Shown one piece after another: positions 24,241 through 36,823 of a DNA stretch of 55,362 nucleotides; position 1 is the stretch's first letter; every line of letters begins with the position of its first letter. The notes beneath the pieces are model-generated. The model saw nothing but the letters and a program-made list of their open reading frames with translations, had not been told where the DNA came from and did no database searches. Origin of the DNA: Pelomyxa schiedti (lineage: Eukaryota > Protista > Evosea); NCBI GenBank assembly GCA_020536535.1, contig JAHLWZ010000896.1:1-55362 (forward strand). The letters run 5' to 3'. The position numbers were made by a program, and so were the translations under genes.

Positions 24241-26435
24241 TCAAAACAACAAGTCTAATGCGGAAGGTGTCCCCCCAATTGATGTCTGTCTTGTGTTTGC
24301 AGGACTGGATGTTTGTGCAGAAGGGAAGGGGTTTGTGGATAGACCTGAGAATTGGTTAAATGTGGTGGGTGTTGGTGATGACTGCATAAGGAATGCACCC
24401 TGTTGGTTAATCATTGTATTCTGAGGGGGTGGTTGTGAGCTAGTGAGGAAAGGATTAGATGGTGAGAGGAATGGGTTCGATGCCGGAAGCTGTTGCTGAT
24501 GCTGTAAGAAAGTACCTCCGGGAATGTTTTGTTGTGGTTGTTGTGTTGGAGTCATTGAGAAAGGATTGGAAGAGAGTGAGGAGCTGGGTTGTGGGTTGCT
24601 GGGTGATGAAAGTGATAAAAACATTGAGCTGTTTTGTGGTTGTGCGGTTGGTAGGGATTGGGCAAAGGGGTTCCGCTGAAGTTGAGGTGAGGAGGATGCC
24701 TGAGCAAAGAGATTGGGACCTCCGGGTGAGGTAAAGGGGTTGCTGGTATTGCTAGTTATACTTGGAGGGAAACCTGTGGAAGAAAATGAGGAAGAGGATG
24801 GAGTGCTTGGCGAGAAAAATAGGTTGGACTGTTGTTGCATTTGGATTTGCTGGAGGCGAAGTTGTTCTTGCTGCAGCTGTAGAAGTTGTTGTTGCTGTTG
24901 CTGTTGCTGTTGCAAGACGAGGTTTTGTTCAGAAACTTGAAAATTCTGTGGAGGGAATGGTTGCGAGCGCATTGGGGACTGTTGTAGAGACTGTGGTGAT
25001 GGTTGCGGGGTAAAGTCGTTAAAATCGAGCAAATCCCTTTGCCTGGGTGAAGCTGTGGTACTTGTAGAGGGTGGTTTGATGGTCACATTTCCACTACTAG
25101 TAAGAGGGCGAGTGGTGGAAGAAGAGGGCGGTGGCTGAAATACTACTTGTTCCGCTGAGGAAGGCATTGCAGCCCTGACTTGGGTTCGAGTGTTGTTATC
25201 TTCCCGTTCTTTTGTTTGAATATCTATTGATGCCCCAATGAGACCCAACTGTAACAAAAATTAAGTATTTATACAAGCTTCAAGCGTTGGTATAAGTGAT
25301 TTTTGAGGAACGTCCAATGTCTCTAGATTTTCTATAAACCGAGAACAGCAGTGGTATAACTTATTGAGGTGTTTGGTACAAGTTTCAAATGACTGAAGGA
25401 GCTTCAGTGATTGGCGTGCAGACACTAAATCCATGTTGAAGTAACTTTCAAGGATACTTAACTGTTTGCTTGTAAATACGACATTTGGGTGCTTCTTGGG
25501 CTAGTACCAAACACATGTTGACATATTTGTACAAAGAAACGGAGTCTTTTACAAGTAGCACTAGTGCAGCAACAGTAATTGGATCTATGTTTTCCTCCCA
25601 AGATCGTATCTCGTCAGCACAGTAGCAGCGGACAAGGGCCTCGAGTGAAGAAATGAGAGTATCTGACATAACTTAAGGGCAGGTCACTAACGTGCACACT
25701 ATACCAGATACTTCCAGAAGCCTTGCTTGGGGAAGGTTTTGAAGTTTCGTTGCTTCTTCTTTGTCCCATGCACAATTTCCAACCACTTTAGAAATGATGA
25801 TCTTTGGTAAAAAATTATTAACCGCCGCGATATGACATTAGTTACCTTTGAGTCAATGTATCTAGAGTACAAGGATGCAAAGTAGCATTGCTGTAAATAC
25901 GGTTAAAATTATGATAAAATGCTGACAAAAGAACTCTACTGGACAATCTTCTGAAGTTGGAGGGTCTGGAACAACGGATAATGGTCTTGATCTAAAGAAA
26001 TCCATAACTCTGTATGGACAATCACGCAATACACGGTGGTATAGGACAAGAGTTGAAAGCGTCACTGGCTGCGATAGCGGGAGAGGATTTTAAAAAAAAA
26101 AAGTGCTTCGAGTTAGGTGCTTAATGTTCATTTAATTAGAGAGAAATAATCACCCAAGCAGCAGTGGCCCGTAGCCTATGATCCAGTGCCGAGTGTAATG
26201 GCGCAATTGGGTTATTGTTATTGCAATACAATACGACCTTCCTCACATGTTTCTCCTTGGGTGGTGCCATTTCATGCCTCGTTGCCTTTAATACAGACTA
26301 ACAACACCCACGTTCGTTAGAAGAAACACAAGCAGGACATAACAAATAAATGGCAAAAAAATAAATAAGAACCTTCTCAGGCTCAGCAACAATCAACGAC
26401 TTTGAATCGTGGACCTTGTCTATTACAGACTGCAT
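24241..26435 (-). CDS. ANTH-domain clathrin assembly protein (AP180/CALM-like)
   Basis: N-terminus SVLKATRHEMAPPKEKHVR and VTLSTLVLYHRVLRD. The disordered C-terminus has DLLDFND, six NPF motifs and a terminal LDLLF. Confidence 0.8.
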
Positions 26436-26626
26436 TTCGTATTTGCGAAATGTTATGGCTGTAAATTTTATGGTGTCGATCGGGTGTAGTCCCGAACTGA
26501 ACAACAAAAAGATGAATTACGGTAAAAAAAAGGGTGATTTTTGTTCCCCGTTTTTTTGGTTTCATGTACACAGTTCTGTATAATACATCGTGATGGGAAG
26601 TTGTGGCGTTTGGTGCTTGTGTGAGG

Positions 26627-29600
26627 TTACTCGCCTTCGGCTGGAGGTTCTGGTAGTTCCTTGTCCTTGAGTTTGAGTCCTTTCCTCAGAGCGGTGGCAA
26701 TTCCCTTTTCGGGGGCATCCTTTAGTCCACGTATGAATGTGGCCCAGGCCTCAGTGCACGTGGTGATGGCGTCTGCAATTTCGTTCTTTTCCGGTTGGTC
26801 TTCCTTGGTCTCGTAAGTTCGTCGGTTGAGAAGCCATTCGATGAGTGACACGGAAAAGTCCGGGTAGGCTCGCAACAGGGTGTCAAAGTGCATTGGAACC
26901 TGAGAGGAAAATAAGGAGTGTGATTCTAAAAAGGGTTTCTCGTACTGCGTCGATTTCAGAGCCGATAATAGATTTAATGGCTTCTACAACAGAAAGATGG
27001 GCACTCACAACATTTGGCTTGCAAACTGCATTAGTGATTTAGTAAATAATTTTACAGAGGGGCCAACATCTCTGGAACACAACAGTGATTTTATTGATAT
27101 CCGAGTCAAGTTGATCCGCGCACTTGAGAGGTAACTTATGTGGATGTTTGGAAGAAAATGTTTCTTGAAGGTAACATATGACAAGCTTATCCAGCATTTT
27201 TATTGCAACACGTGTAACATGAGGCCCAAGCATGAAGGGCTTAAGAGGGTTTGGGAAATTTTATTGAAAAAAGGTTCTAACACACTGTGAAATCGTCTAC
27301 AATGTAAGCCTCAAGACATGCAATCACAGGCTCAATCACTTGCCCAGAGTACCATGGTTCTTCATAGAGCTGCTTCAAGGTGTCCTCAACGTCCATGAAC
27401 AATCTGTGCGTCAGGCCGTCCATGCTCACTGAGACAACTGCTTGAAACTCTTTGACCACGGTATTGAAATTTGTTTCTTCGTCCTTCTCGATACTCTCTG
27501 CGTCATCTTCTGTGAGAAGTTCCCCAATCTTTGTTTGCACATCGTCCAAGAGTTCACAGCATTTATCATTATTATTGATAAGAACAATCATATATTCCAA
27601 AGGCATTGTTTTCCAGGCGTCCTCACTGAACAGTTCAAGTTGCATGTCTGCATACTTGGTCTTTCCACATGTTAGTACGTCCCACTCAAATCCCCAAAAT
27701 AACCCACCAACGATTCAAGAATGCCCTTCACCACCAGGAGTACAATGCCACCAGATTTTGTATCCACAGCAATTTGTAGTTGCTGATTTACAATTTCAAA
27801 TACATCAAAAGGGGACAGTGTTATTAGTTGCCCACCTGTAGTGGTTAACTTTTTATGGGACAAAATGAAATCCTCCTACCAGTAGGTTCTTGTGGTGGAT
27901 TTTCTCGATCCTGTTGAATGACATTGCCAAACCATTCAATCATCTTCAACGTCACTCGAGAGACATATTTGTCAACAAGTGGATCCAGGGTGTCAGCTAA
28001 TGGAGGGTCGAGTGCTTCGGACTCTGCTTTGACTCCCAGACGCAGCAATTGGCTTGGGTAAACATTTTGTACCCAGTGATATACTGTCAGGATCAGGTTA
28101 TTAGGTACCTGGCCGTGAGATTTATAACATAGAGATAACCCTTATCAGTGTGTACCTTATCAGGGTCTGAGGATAACTCCGTGAAGCGTTGGCGGAATTG
28201 GTTGGAGTATTCCGTGACAAACAACTCAAAGATGTTATACCTTGGGGGTTATTTGGTAAATTTGAGCCTTTAATTATTATTGGAAATAGCTCACTCTGGG
28301 GGGAAGCAACCAACAAGGTAGTCGAGAACATCTGTTAGTTCATCTACTCTAGTATTGCACATGGATATGGTGTGATTGATATCAGCGGCTAAATCCATAT
28401 CAAAAGTGGCGGAGAAATTTTCCTCAATTGAATTTCGGATGTGGGCTTTGGCTTGCTCGAAATAAGTCTGTATATCAGAATACATAGTACCGAAGTACGA
28501 TCAACGCTCGAATTGTGTGAGGAAAAAGTTTTACCTCATCCTCAGAAGGTTCCTCGAGACCCTGCTGTTTTGCTTCTACTATGGCACTTCTATCACACAG
28601 GAGAACAACCTTCTTCAATGAGAAATTATATCTGAGGTGAGAGCCAACTTTACCTCCAAAGCTCTCACCAAGGCCGTTGGATTGCGTTTTGACAAGGCAA
28701 TTGCATCAGCAATAATTCCAAAGAGTTTTTCATGAAAATCCTCTTTAAGGGGTTGGACATCCTTGAACAACTGTCTCACGGTCTACAGAGAGGATTACAG
28801 TGTTGTCTTTGTTCACCTACACACACATCACCAAGTTCTTCTTGAAGATCATTTGTATTTAGCTCACTCATGGCCTGCTGTTCCAGGTTATCGAGTTTTC
28901 GTAAAAGTAGGTAGGCATCAAAGATATCTTTTCAGTGGGAAACACGTTTAGAACTTAGAGGATGGTTCAAGCCATACTGGTATTATCCTGAAGCAGAACT
29001 TTGATTTCTTCAATCGATTTTTCAATTGAAGAGATTTCAAGCAAATGGCGCTTGGTTGCATGCAAGTTAGTTCTATAAGAAAATGAGTGTTTTTGAGAGC
29101 TGCAACTTGATAGACTCTTGTTGTACCTTACGTAAGACAGCTCTTTGACAGTCCCATAGTCAATATCCGACATCAAGGATTGGACTTGCTCAAAGAGCTT
29201 CCCTACAGTCTCAAATTCCGATTTCATCTTTTGCACCTGCTCAAGAGACTTGTGTATCAGACTGAGAGCAGCTTCTGCTTCATCCAGTTGAGCTTTGACA
29301 ATTGCGCGAACTCTGTGGAAAGTGAAATTGAAATGTGCATGAAAAACCATACCTCAAATCTAAAGACGCTTTCCTATGTATAGCATTGTTTCTCAACCGT
29401 GGAAGTCTGTCCAGACAATCTGGTTGGGTCAATATACTCTTTAATCTGTTTGCAGCCATTTCAGTAGCGTGTTCAGACAATTGATCCGGTGTCATATCCT
29501 CCACTGAATAACAACAGATTATTTGCCGCTCAAAACAGGTTCATTCTTTGCAACAAAAAAAAAAAACATAAAAAACCACAAAACCTTTCAGAAAATGAAC

Positions 29601-29810
29601 GTTTCTTGTTTGAATGAGAGCAGAGAGGGCAGTGCCGGCACTCGAGAAGTTCGACGCGATTGCGGCGATCTCTGACGCCGTGACGGTGTCGTACGACTCT
29701 GTCAACGGCGAGTCCTTGGACGGCGCCGACGACGCCTTGTTCGCTGCGAACTTGGCCACCGCATCCTCGTCCTGCACCAACGCCCAGTCATGTTCCAACA
29801 GAGACGTCAT
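26627..29810 (-). CDS. SEC6: Exocyst complex component Sec6/EXOC3
   Basis: AANRLKSILTQPDCLDRLPRLR...KASLD, AQLDEAEAALSLIHKSLEQVQKMKSEF, NLHATK, YMIVLINNNDKC, KQLYEEPWYSGQVIEPVIACLEAY, and C-terminal FDTLLRAYPDFSVSLIEWLLNRR, all in the order expected for Sec6. Confidence 0.85.
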
Positions 29811-30710
29811 TTTTGACCGGTATGCAAATTTGGGGCTCAAATAACTCCAATTTTCGTGTTTTTCTGACACCACCCAGCAGATTGTATCAATCCGCGAAAT
29901 CTGCAAGGAAAATAATGGCATTAGGGAGGCATTGTCACGTGGGCGTCTGGGCGTTGGAGACATGTCCTGAGGATTTGTGTCTGGTTGAAAGAAAAGTTCT
30001 CACTGAACGAATTGACATCAGACATATCAACAACCTGACGGTGTTGAAGTGGGCAGTGTCTGTCTTTAATTTTGAGCTGACAAACGAGACTTTACTCTCA
30101 CGGCAAAGTTCGAGCCTGATTTCATTCAGTGGGTCATGACTGAGAAGAATATCCCCGTTGCTGCTGAGTTTGTTCATGGACACGTGTGCAAGGCAGTCAC
30201 TTGTGAAGTGGTTGATGGAGTGGGCTGCAGCACAGGTAGCACAATTACCAGCGGGGACAGCAGCACAGCCAGCACGACAAGCAGCAGCACAGCCAGCGCA
30301 ACAAGCAGCAAAAACATTGGCAGAAATGCAGGCAGCAACACAGACAGCACAGCTAGTAGTGGCACAAGCAGTACAGTCAGTGCAAGGGGCAACACACTTT
30401 CAAGGTCAATCAAATTGGCCCAGGCAATTCGAAAGGACTTGAACAACATGAGGCAACAGCATTGTGAAGAAGTGACTGTCTTGGAAACAAAACAACAAAC
30501 AGTCAGAATTGACTGCACTGAAGGCAACATGAGGAAATGCAACAGGAGATGTTCAGGTCTCATGTTTTTCCACTTGCTCCTTCACAAAAACCACTGCAAA
30601 TAACCATGGAATCTGGCCAAAAAAGACCTACCAAACGCACATTTCAAGAAGCACAAGAATTGTTGAAAGAACTACCCACAGGTAATCACCTGTTTTTCCA
30701 GTAATACTCA

Positions 30711-31350
30711 TTGCATCAAGGTGCAACAGCCTTAGAAAAAGCAGTGCTTTTAGTTGAAAAATATGGGGTTTCTCAAGGCATTGCCACTAGTGTAAATAAG
30801 CTGAATCGTCCTCAACTACAGTGTAAACTTCACCCTGTCAAGTCTACTACCACTTCTCCCTGTCAGAAAAGAAAGGATGTCCGACAGAAGAGGAGGCAGG
30901 CAATTTCTAGCAAAATTATTGACTTGGCTACAACTGAGTATATAAACTCCAACCTTAACAGAACTCAAACACCTCCTTAGAGAATTCTGGGTTAATAGTG
31001 GAAAGGATCTATCTGACCAAGCTACCTATATTCAGCAAGAGATGGCTAAAGGGATTTTTGTTATGGCATAATCCAAATCTCCATTTCCACACAACACGGC
31101 TGGCTTATGGAAGAAATTACCTGCACTTCCACATTGCCTTAAAGGTGCTTTTGCTTGGTCAGGAAGCTCCAAAGGTTGGATTAACACTGCCATTTATGTA
31201 GCTTGCATTAAAGATATCTTTATACCTTTTGTGGAAAACATGTGAAAGACTATGCAGAATCCTTTTGCTCCTTCTGTCTCGGTTTGTGATGGTCACAAAA
31301 CACGAGATAACCCAGAAGTACTAGCACTAGCTATCAACACACAATATTCA
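30711..31350 (+). mobile_element. Degenerate pogo/Tigger-like (HTH_psq + DDE_1) transposase relic
   Basis: HTH-like ALEKAVLLVEKYGVSQGIATSVNKLNRPQLQCKL. DDE_1-like SGSSKGWINTAIYVACIKDIFIPFV and SVCDGHKTRDNPEVLALA. Broken by frameshifts and an in-frame TGA at 31243-31245. No terminal inverted repeats identified. Confidence 0.6.
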
Positions 31351-31489
31351 ATTAGTGAAAATCCCTCCCCAGTAGTCAGTTTTGTCTCTGAGAATTCAGT
31401 ATTCGATTCGACTGCCTGCCTTCAACCTCTTCAAATAACCAGGAACCTCCTACAAAACCAACCTGTAACTTACCAACACTTGTTAGCAC

Positions 31490-32040
31490 TCAACAGCAAC
31501 AATTTGCACCCACTTGCACACTACAGGCAGCACCGGCACTTGCAAGCACCTTCCAGCAACTACCAGACCTCGCCAGAACCCATCAATCTATTACCTGCAC
31601 TTCACAGCATGTTCCAGAAACTCCCTGCCCTCTCCCTACTATTCTGGCAATCACTGCAGCCCACCAACGCCCTTGGCTCACCCCTACCACTCAACAATAC
31701 ATTCCAGCAACTACTGAAACTCACCAGCATATTCCAGCAACTTTCAGTACTGACCGACATGTTTATGTAACCACCGGCAATCACCAGTACACCCCAGCAA
31801 CATATCCAACCTTCCAGTAATCACTGGCTCCCCACTACACTCCAGCCACCACCAGCGCTAACTAGTACATTTTAGCAACACTCATCACTACATTCCAGCA
31901 TTACACAGCTCCCGACTACACATTACAGCAACTGGCCAACATTCACCAGCACATTCCAGCAATCCCCAGCTCCCATCTACAGATTACAGCAATCACTGGT
32001 GCTCACCAGCACATTCCGGCAATCACCAGCACTCTTCTGT
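31490..32040. repeat. Degenerate ~30-nt minisatellite (consensus like CACCAGCACATTCCAGCAATCACCAGCACT)
   Basis: Recurring CAGCA(C/T)ATTCCAGCAA-type cores at ~31606, 31696, 31726, 31890, 31947 and 32007. Reads as TSTFQQLPAL-like (+) or CWNVLVS-like (-) 10-aa repeats interrupted by stops. Confidence 0.65.
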
Positions 32041-32706
32041 GCTTACCACCAACCAGTAGGGCACACCTGAACCTACCATCACCCCAGGAAGAACTGCCCC
32101 CAGAACACATCTACACACAACCTTCACTCACAAGTAACCAATTCCACACACACTGATCCTCATACTGCCTCCCGACACCTACCCACACAGTGCTGAGACA
32201 GCGGCACCAATCACCGCCTTTCTTTGGGAAGTATAATTATCAAGATTTCACCGATAAAAAGTGTGATTAATGTGGATGACTAAAAAAGAAAAGAAAAGCA
32301 AAGAAAAAAAGGGAAAGAAAGAAAGAAAAAAAAAAAACACAGCACATGTCGCCGCGGCGCCAAAAGCGACAACACGTAAGTCCACAAGCGAGGGATCTTT
32401 GCCTGAGCGCAACCACTGCGAACGAGGGGGGGACCGGGCTGGCTTTGCACCCCGGTGACTCGTTAGAACAAACAACGAAGACGAGTACCTGCCCATGATG
32501 TGATGACCCCTCGGGAACGGAGGCAGACCGGTCGGCATCGATCACTCGACTTCGTCGGCAGCGAGGCACACCCGTTGTGAGGCGCCCGGTGCGTGTGGGA
32601 GGGAGAGAGAGCGGGGCGGGGAAGGCGAGGCTCAGCGCGCGGGCAAACACGCAAGGGCGCCGGCCGGCAGCAATTATTATTATTATGGGATTGTGTGGTC
32701 GCATTC

Positions 32707-33171
32707 GTGGTTCCCCTTTGTTAATTAATTAATTAATTAATTAATGAGACTTGGTGGAATGCCAAGCAAGAAACTTCCACTTAAATGACCAGGGTCAAAA
32801 AAGAAAAAGACTGATACTGCAATGGTGAAAGCGTGTGGTTCCCCTTTATTAATTCATTAATAAGACTTGGTGGAATGCCAAGCAAGCAATTTCCACTTAA
32901 ATGACCAGGGTCAAAGAAACAGACTGATACTGCAATGGTTATAGTGTGTGGTTCCCCTTTATTAATTGATGAGCTTGGTGGAATGCCAAGTTCCTTAATT
33001 AATTAATAAGACTTGGTGGAATGCCAAGCAAGAAACTTCCACTTAAATGACCAGGGTCAAAGAAAGAGACTGATACTGCAATGGTTATAGCGTGTGGTTC
33101 CCCTTTATTAATTAATTAATAAGACTTGGTGGAATGCCAAGTCTCATTGATTAAATTAAGGAAATTGCTTG
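32707..33171. repeat. Non-coding tandem array of a ~110-bp unit with internal inverted repeats
   Basis: GTGGTTCCCCTTT at 32707, 32835, 32948 and 33094. CTTGGTGGAATGCCAAG at 32750, 32866, 32974, 33012 and 33125. Three copies of TTCCACTTAAATGACCAGGGTCAAA...GACTGATACTGCAATGGT. (TTAA)n tracts of variable length. Confidence 0.95.
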
Positions 33172-33454
33172 AATGATGAAGCAACTACCCATTACCAGGA
33201 ACTTTTGTAATTTCTTGAGGCTCTCTTTCTTCACTCTCCGCAAAAACCAACAGGTCAGTTTACTCAACAAATATTCACTTGCTAAATCCTCTTCAGGTGT
33301 CTTGTACTTCCCACACCTCACCTCACCTCACCTCACCTCACCCCACACCACAGCAAAGCACACCTGGCGCAATAAAAAACCTTGGTGCTTTTTGATGCGA
33401 CTGCTCTATTATTATTTCTTTTTACAGGCATAAAAGTTTCGACTTTGTGGTTTT

Positions 33455-33535
33455 CTGGTTCCAGACATTCAGGCTTCCAAGGGCGTAGATAAATGGCGCC
33501 TTTGAGGATGGAACACTAACTGTCACTGTCCCGTG
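33455..33535 (+). pseudogene. Possible HSP20/alpha-crystallin C-terminal fragment
   Basis: FQTFRLP, then a stop or frameshift, then INGAFEDGTLTVTVP, resembling the HSP20 F.R.F.LP...A.F.DG.L.V.VP signature. The rest of the domain is not found. Confidence 0.3.
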
Positions 33536-34213
33536 TGCGATTCCAGAACCAGAATCCGGGCCTCTGCGGTTCTGGCTACTGCCGACGATGAAGAAGCCTT
33601 GGGTACACAGTTACAGCGGAACTATCCTTTGGGGTTGTGTTGGACGCATCAGAAGCCGCCCGGCTCTGCTTTGCTTTCGCTGGTACTCCTTCTTGTCTGG
33701 TCTCCATTGGTTGCTGTGGTTGTGCTGGGGTAGAAGATGTGCCGCTCTGGCTTGATTCTCCCTCGGTCCCCATTTGCAGGCTCTGCTGCCACTTTGCTGC
33801 TGTCTGTCACTCTCCATGGGAGCTGGCTTCTCAGTACCTTGAACAGACATGGGCTGGGCATGCGGATGACTGCAAGTGTGCAAGTGCAGCTGAATAAGGC
33901 GTGTAGTATCCCCCAGTATGGATCCGATCCCATACACACGACCGTGATGGAAACCACAATATGAAATTAAGTTGCGAAATGTAGCTGTGTTGAAGGATGG
34001 ACTCATCTGACGGTAGTGACTCTCTATTAATTTGGGTAGACCACAATTGAAAGAGTCTTTTGCCTGAAACGGCGTAAGAGTACGTGGTTTCAATTAGACA
34101 AGAGATAATAAAACGGGGGTGTTAGCTTGCCTAAATAACTCTGTAGCCAGGTAAGAAAAAATGTTTGGTTTGTTTTGTGAGGGCTGTTTGGTTCTCTTTG
34201 TCAAAAATGGTGC

Positions 34214-35812
34214 TCAGCACTGCAGGGCGTTTGGAAGCCTGCGGGCTCCTCGTCCCGCACCAGGGGTGGAGTCTGAGGCAGCGTGGGATTCTGGAGGTGG
34301 TATTTCGTCATAGGGGGGCTGCCCAATGAAATCGCCAATGGCCACAAAAGGCTTCCCGAGGAAATCCCACGGCATCATTCCACCAAAGCGCTTGAAGCAG
34401 TTTCCAATTATCACCCTGTTGCGGTATCGGCGTCGAAGCTGGGGCAGAAGCTGTGCCACAAGTTTGTGCTGCGTGAGAGCGAATAGTGAGTTTAGACTGG
34501 CAGAATTGAGTACCACAACCTTGTCTTTCTTCATGTACGGGGTAGCAGGAACACCGAGAGCCTTTGCTGTAGCCTGTTGAACCCTGTCCGCGAATTGTTC
34601 CGCCGACTCGTCGCTTCGGGGGTACTGTTCATAAAAGCAATTAGTTGGAGCAGACGAAAAGAGTATTGGCATACCATTGGAGGGAGGACCTGCATGTGCC
34701 AGATTTGCCAGGGCACCAGGCACAGCCAAATTATGTTATGCCACACTGGGGTGCATAGCGTGTCCATGTGGATTGGAAACGGTCTAGTAACCCTTATGGC
34801 AACGGGGGTAACTGCTTCTCCCAAGGAAAAAAGGAATTTATGATATCTAGATATTTTAGTTCGCCTTGAGAGATAGAGGTTATGCATACCGCATGACACC
34901 TTTCCCATTAGTCACACATCCTTCAGGAAAACAGAGGATGTGAAGCTTGCTTGTTTTCAGTGTGTTTTGAATTTTCTCGTGAAGGGAATGACGATCTGAT
35001 AACAGTTAATTGTACAGTGTTAGTCCTGGTAATTTACCTGTAACATCAATGTAAATTGGATACATTTCGGTTACCATCTGTCGGGTAAAAATAAATCTAC
35101 CAATACAGATTAGACAGAGAAAGAACGGATCGTTGTGGGAGGAATACTTGCTGTAATAAGAAGGACTTATTGCGTGACATGCTCCAAAAGCAGCCCGACA
35201 GGCAACGCTGTCCATCTCAGAAACGTGATTTGAAACAAGAATACGAGCAGAAGGAGTTGCCTTCAAATGTTCACGTCTAAGAGGTGTAAAAAAAAAATAT
35301 ACTTTGCGAACCAGAGAGTACTGCACACCCACGTACGATAGTTATAAGACCAGGTGAACAGTATATTCTAAAGAACAGATTGTTCATATGTAGATAGGCA
35401 CCCAAACGGAAAAAGAACAACTTAAAAAAATTAGAAATTGAACATGGATGCCTGAAGCATACCTCCCAAGATGCAATCCACAATAACTTAAGTACTGTTA
35501 GCACCAGTCCCAAAGGAACATATATCCAAAACAACACGTGCAGCAAGCCAATAGGTCTTTTCATTCTCGTCACTTCAAACAGGCCTCCCAGCGGAAGTGT
35601 GGAGCCCCTTCCAGTCCAATAAGAACCAACAACAAACTCAACACGAAGAAAACGCAGTAAGAAAAAAAAAGTTACGGTTCGTTTTGAGCCGCCACTGATG
35701 TATCAGTCTCAGTAACCGAAGCACGATTAACAGCGTGTAACGTCGCAACACTGTTGTCGCTGGGGTCACCCTGTGGTGCCGGATCTGCCGCTGCCACGTC
35801 GTCCGCGTCCAT
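34214..35812 (-). CDS. Phospholipid/glycerol acyltransferase family (LPCAT/AUP1-like)
   Basis: N-terminal hydrophobic IYVPLGLVLTVLKLLW; motif I ILVSNHVSEMD (HX4D); motif III LCFPEGCVTNGK; FLFSLGEAVTPVAIRV; ESAEQFADRVQQATAKALGV. Confidence 0.8.
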
Positions 35813-36075
35813 GACCAGGAAGAGTTAATGGAAAATTAACCGAAAACCTCCTCACGGAGAGATTCAGTACATTCCACTCGCGCTTTCCTTGCTTGTTCCA
35901 AACCGTGACATTGCATCTGACGTGCATGTAACAAGCCAAAAAACACTGGACAAGTGCTTAAAATGTGTTTGATGCACTAGTTTCATGACTGCTATTACAA
36001 TGAATCCTTTTGACATTTTATTACTACTTTCTTTCATGGTTTTTCCTCACACCAGCTTCGAAATAAACTTCCCTT

Positions 36076-36609
36076 CTAGCTCTGAATATCAGAACGATCA
36101 ACATAGTTACTAGGGAAAACACCACTTTTCCCTTGGAGGGTGCCCCTCCACCAGGCTCCCTACAGTATTGTTGTTAGTGAAAAAGTGTGGATTGGGAATT
36201 GAGGAGAAAGATAAGCCCTCTTACAGAGGAGTCTGTAATTTCAATGACATCCCCTCTGCGAAAAGTCAAATCATCATTTGTGGTTCCATTGTAATCATAG
36301 AGGGCTTTGCACAGCCTGTTCCCAACAACTCTAGGTTGAGTGTCCAACATATTCACATAGTTTGATGGAAACCCCCCAGTCCTTCCTCTTAATTCCCCAG
36401 TCCACCACTGAGACTACAAACATTTATTTGTTTTTTTTTTTTGTTTGTTTGTTTGCTGGTCAAAACCCATCCCAGTTAATTCTGGAAAGGAATCTCACCT
36501 GGGTACTAATAATAGTTATGACATCGCCTGTCACGAACGACAGGTCGCCCGGCGTGCCCGACCCGTCGTAGTCGTACAACGCCCTACATTTGGGTCTCTC
36601 CCTGCTCAT
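36076..36609 (-). CDS. Small adaptor made only of two tandem SH3 domains (3 exons)
   Basis: MSRERPKCRALYDYDGSGTPGDLSFVTGDVITIISTQ|SQWWTGELRGRTGGFPSNYV, then CKALYDYNGTTNDDLTFRRGDVIEITDSS|GAWWRGTLQGKSGVFPSNYVDRSDIQS*. Confidence 0.85.
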
Positions 36610-36823
36610 TTTTGGTCAGATTGCCGCATCTTACACTGCTGCGAAGCAGACCAACTCGGCTTCGTTTCGAAGCGCACGTTGGAGCCACAGAGCTCACATC
36701 CAGCTCCTCAATAGGAAGTACCTCACAGGGCCTAACATTTCCAGTTGTTCACTCCACAAGCCAGACTCTGATATCTGTTGCCGATTTTTTTTTGTTATTC
36801 TCAAAAAACAAAGCAAGATCAAA

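Noticed and set aside
32707-33171. CRISPR array
   Set aside because: The sequence between repeated motifs is itself repeated (no unique spacers), the context is eukaryotic, and there are no cas genes.
33314-33342. (CACCT)n and similar short microsatellites, e.g. (TTCCA)n at ~9473-9492
   Set aside because: Ordinary simple repeats in intergenic or UTR sequence.
33533-34093. Cluster of short overlapping ORFs on both strands
   Set aside because: No coherent spliced product or recognisable domain could be built.
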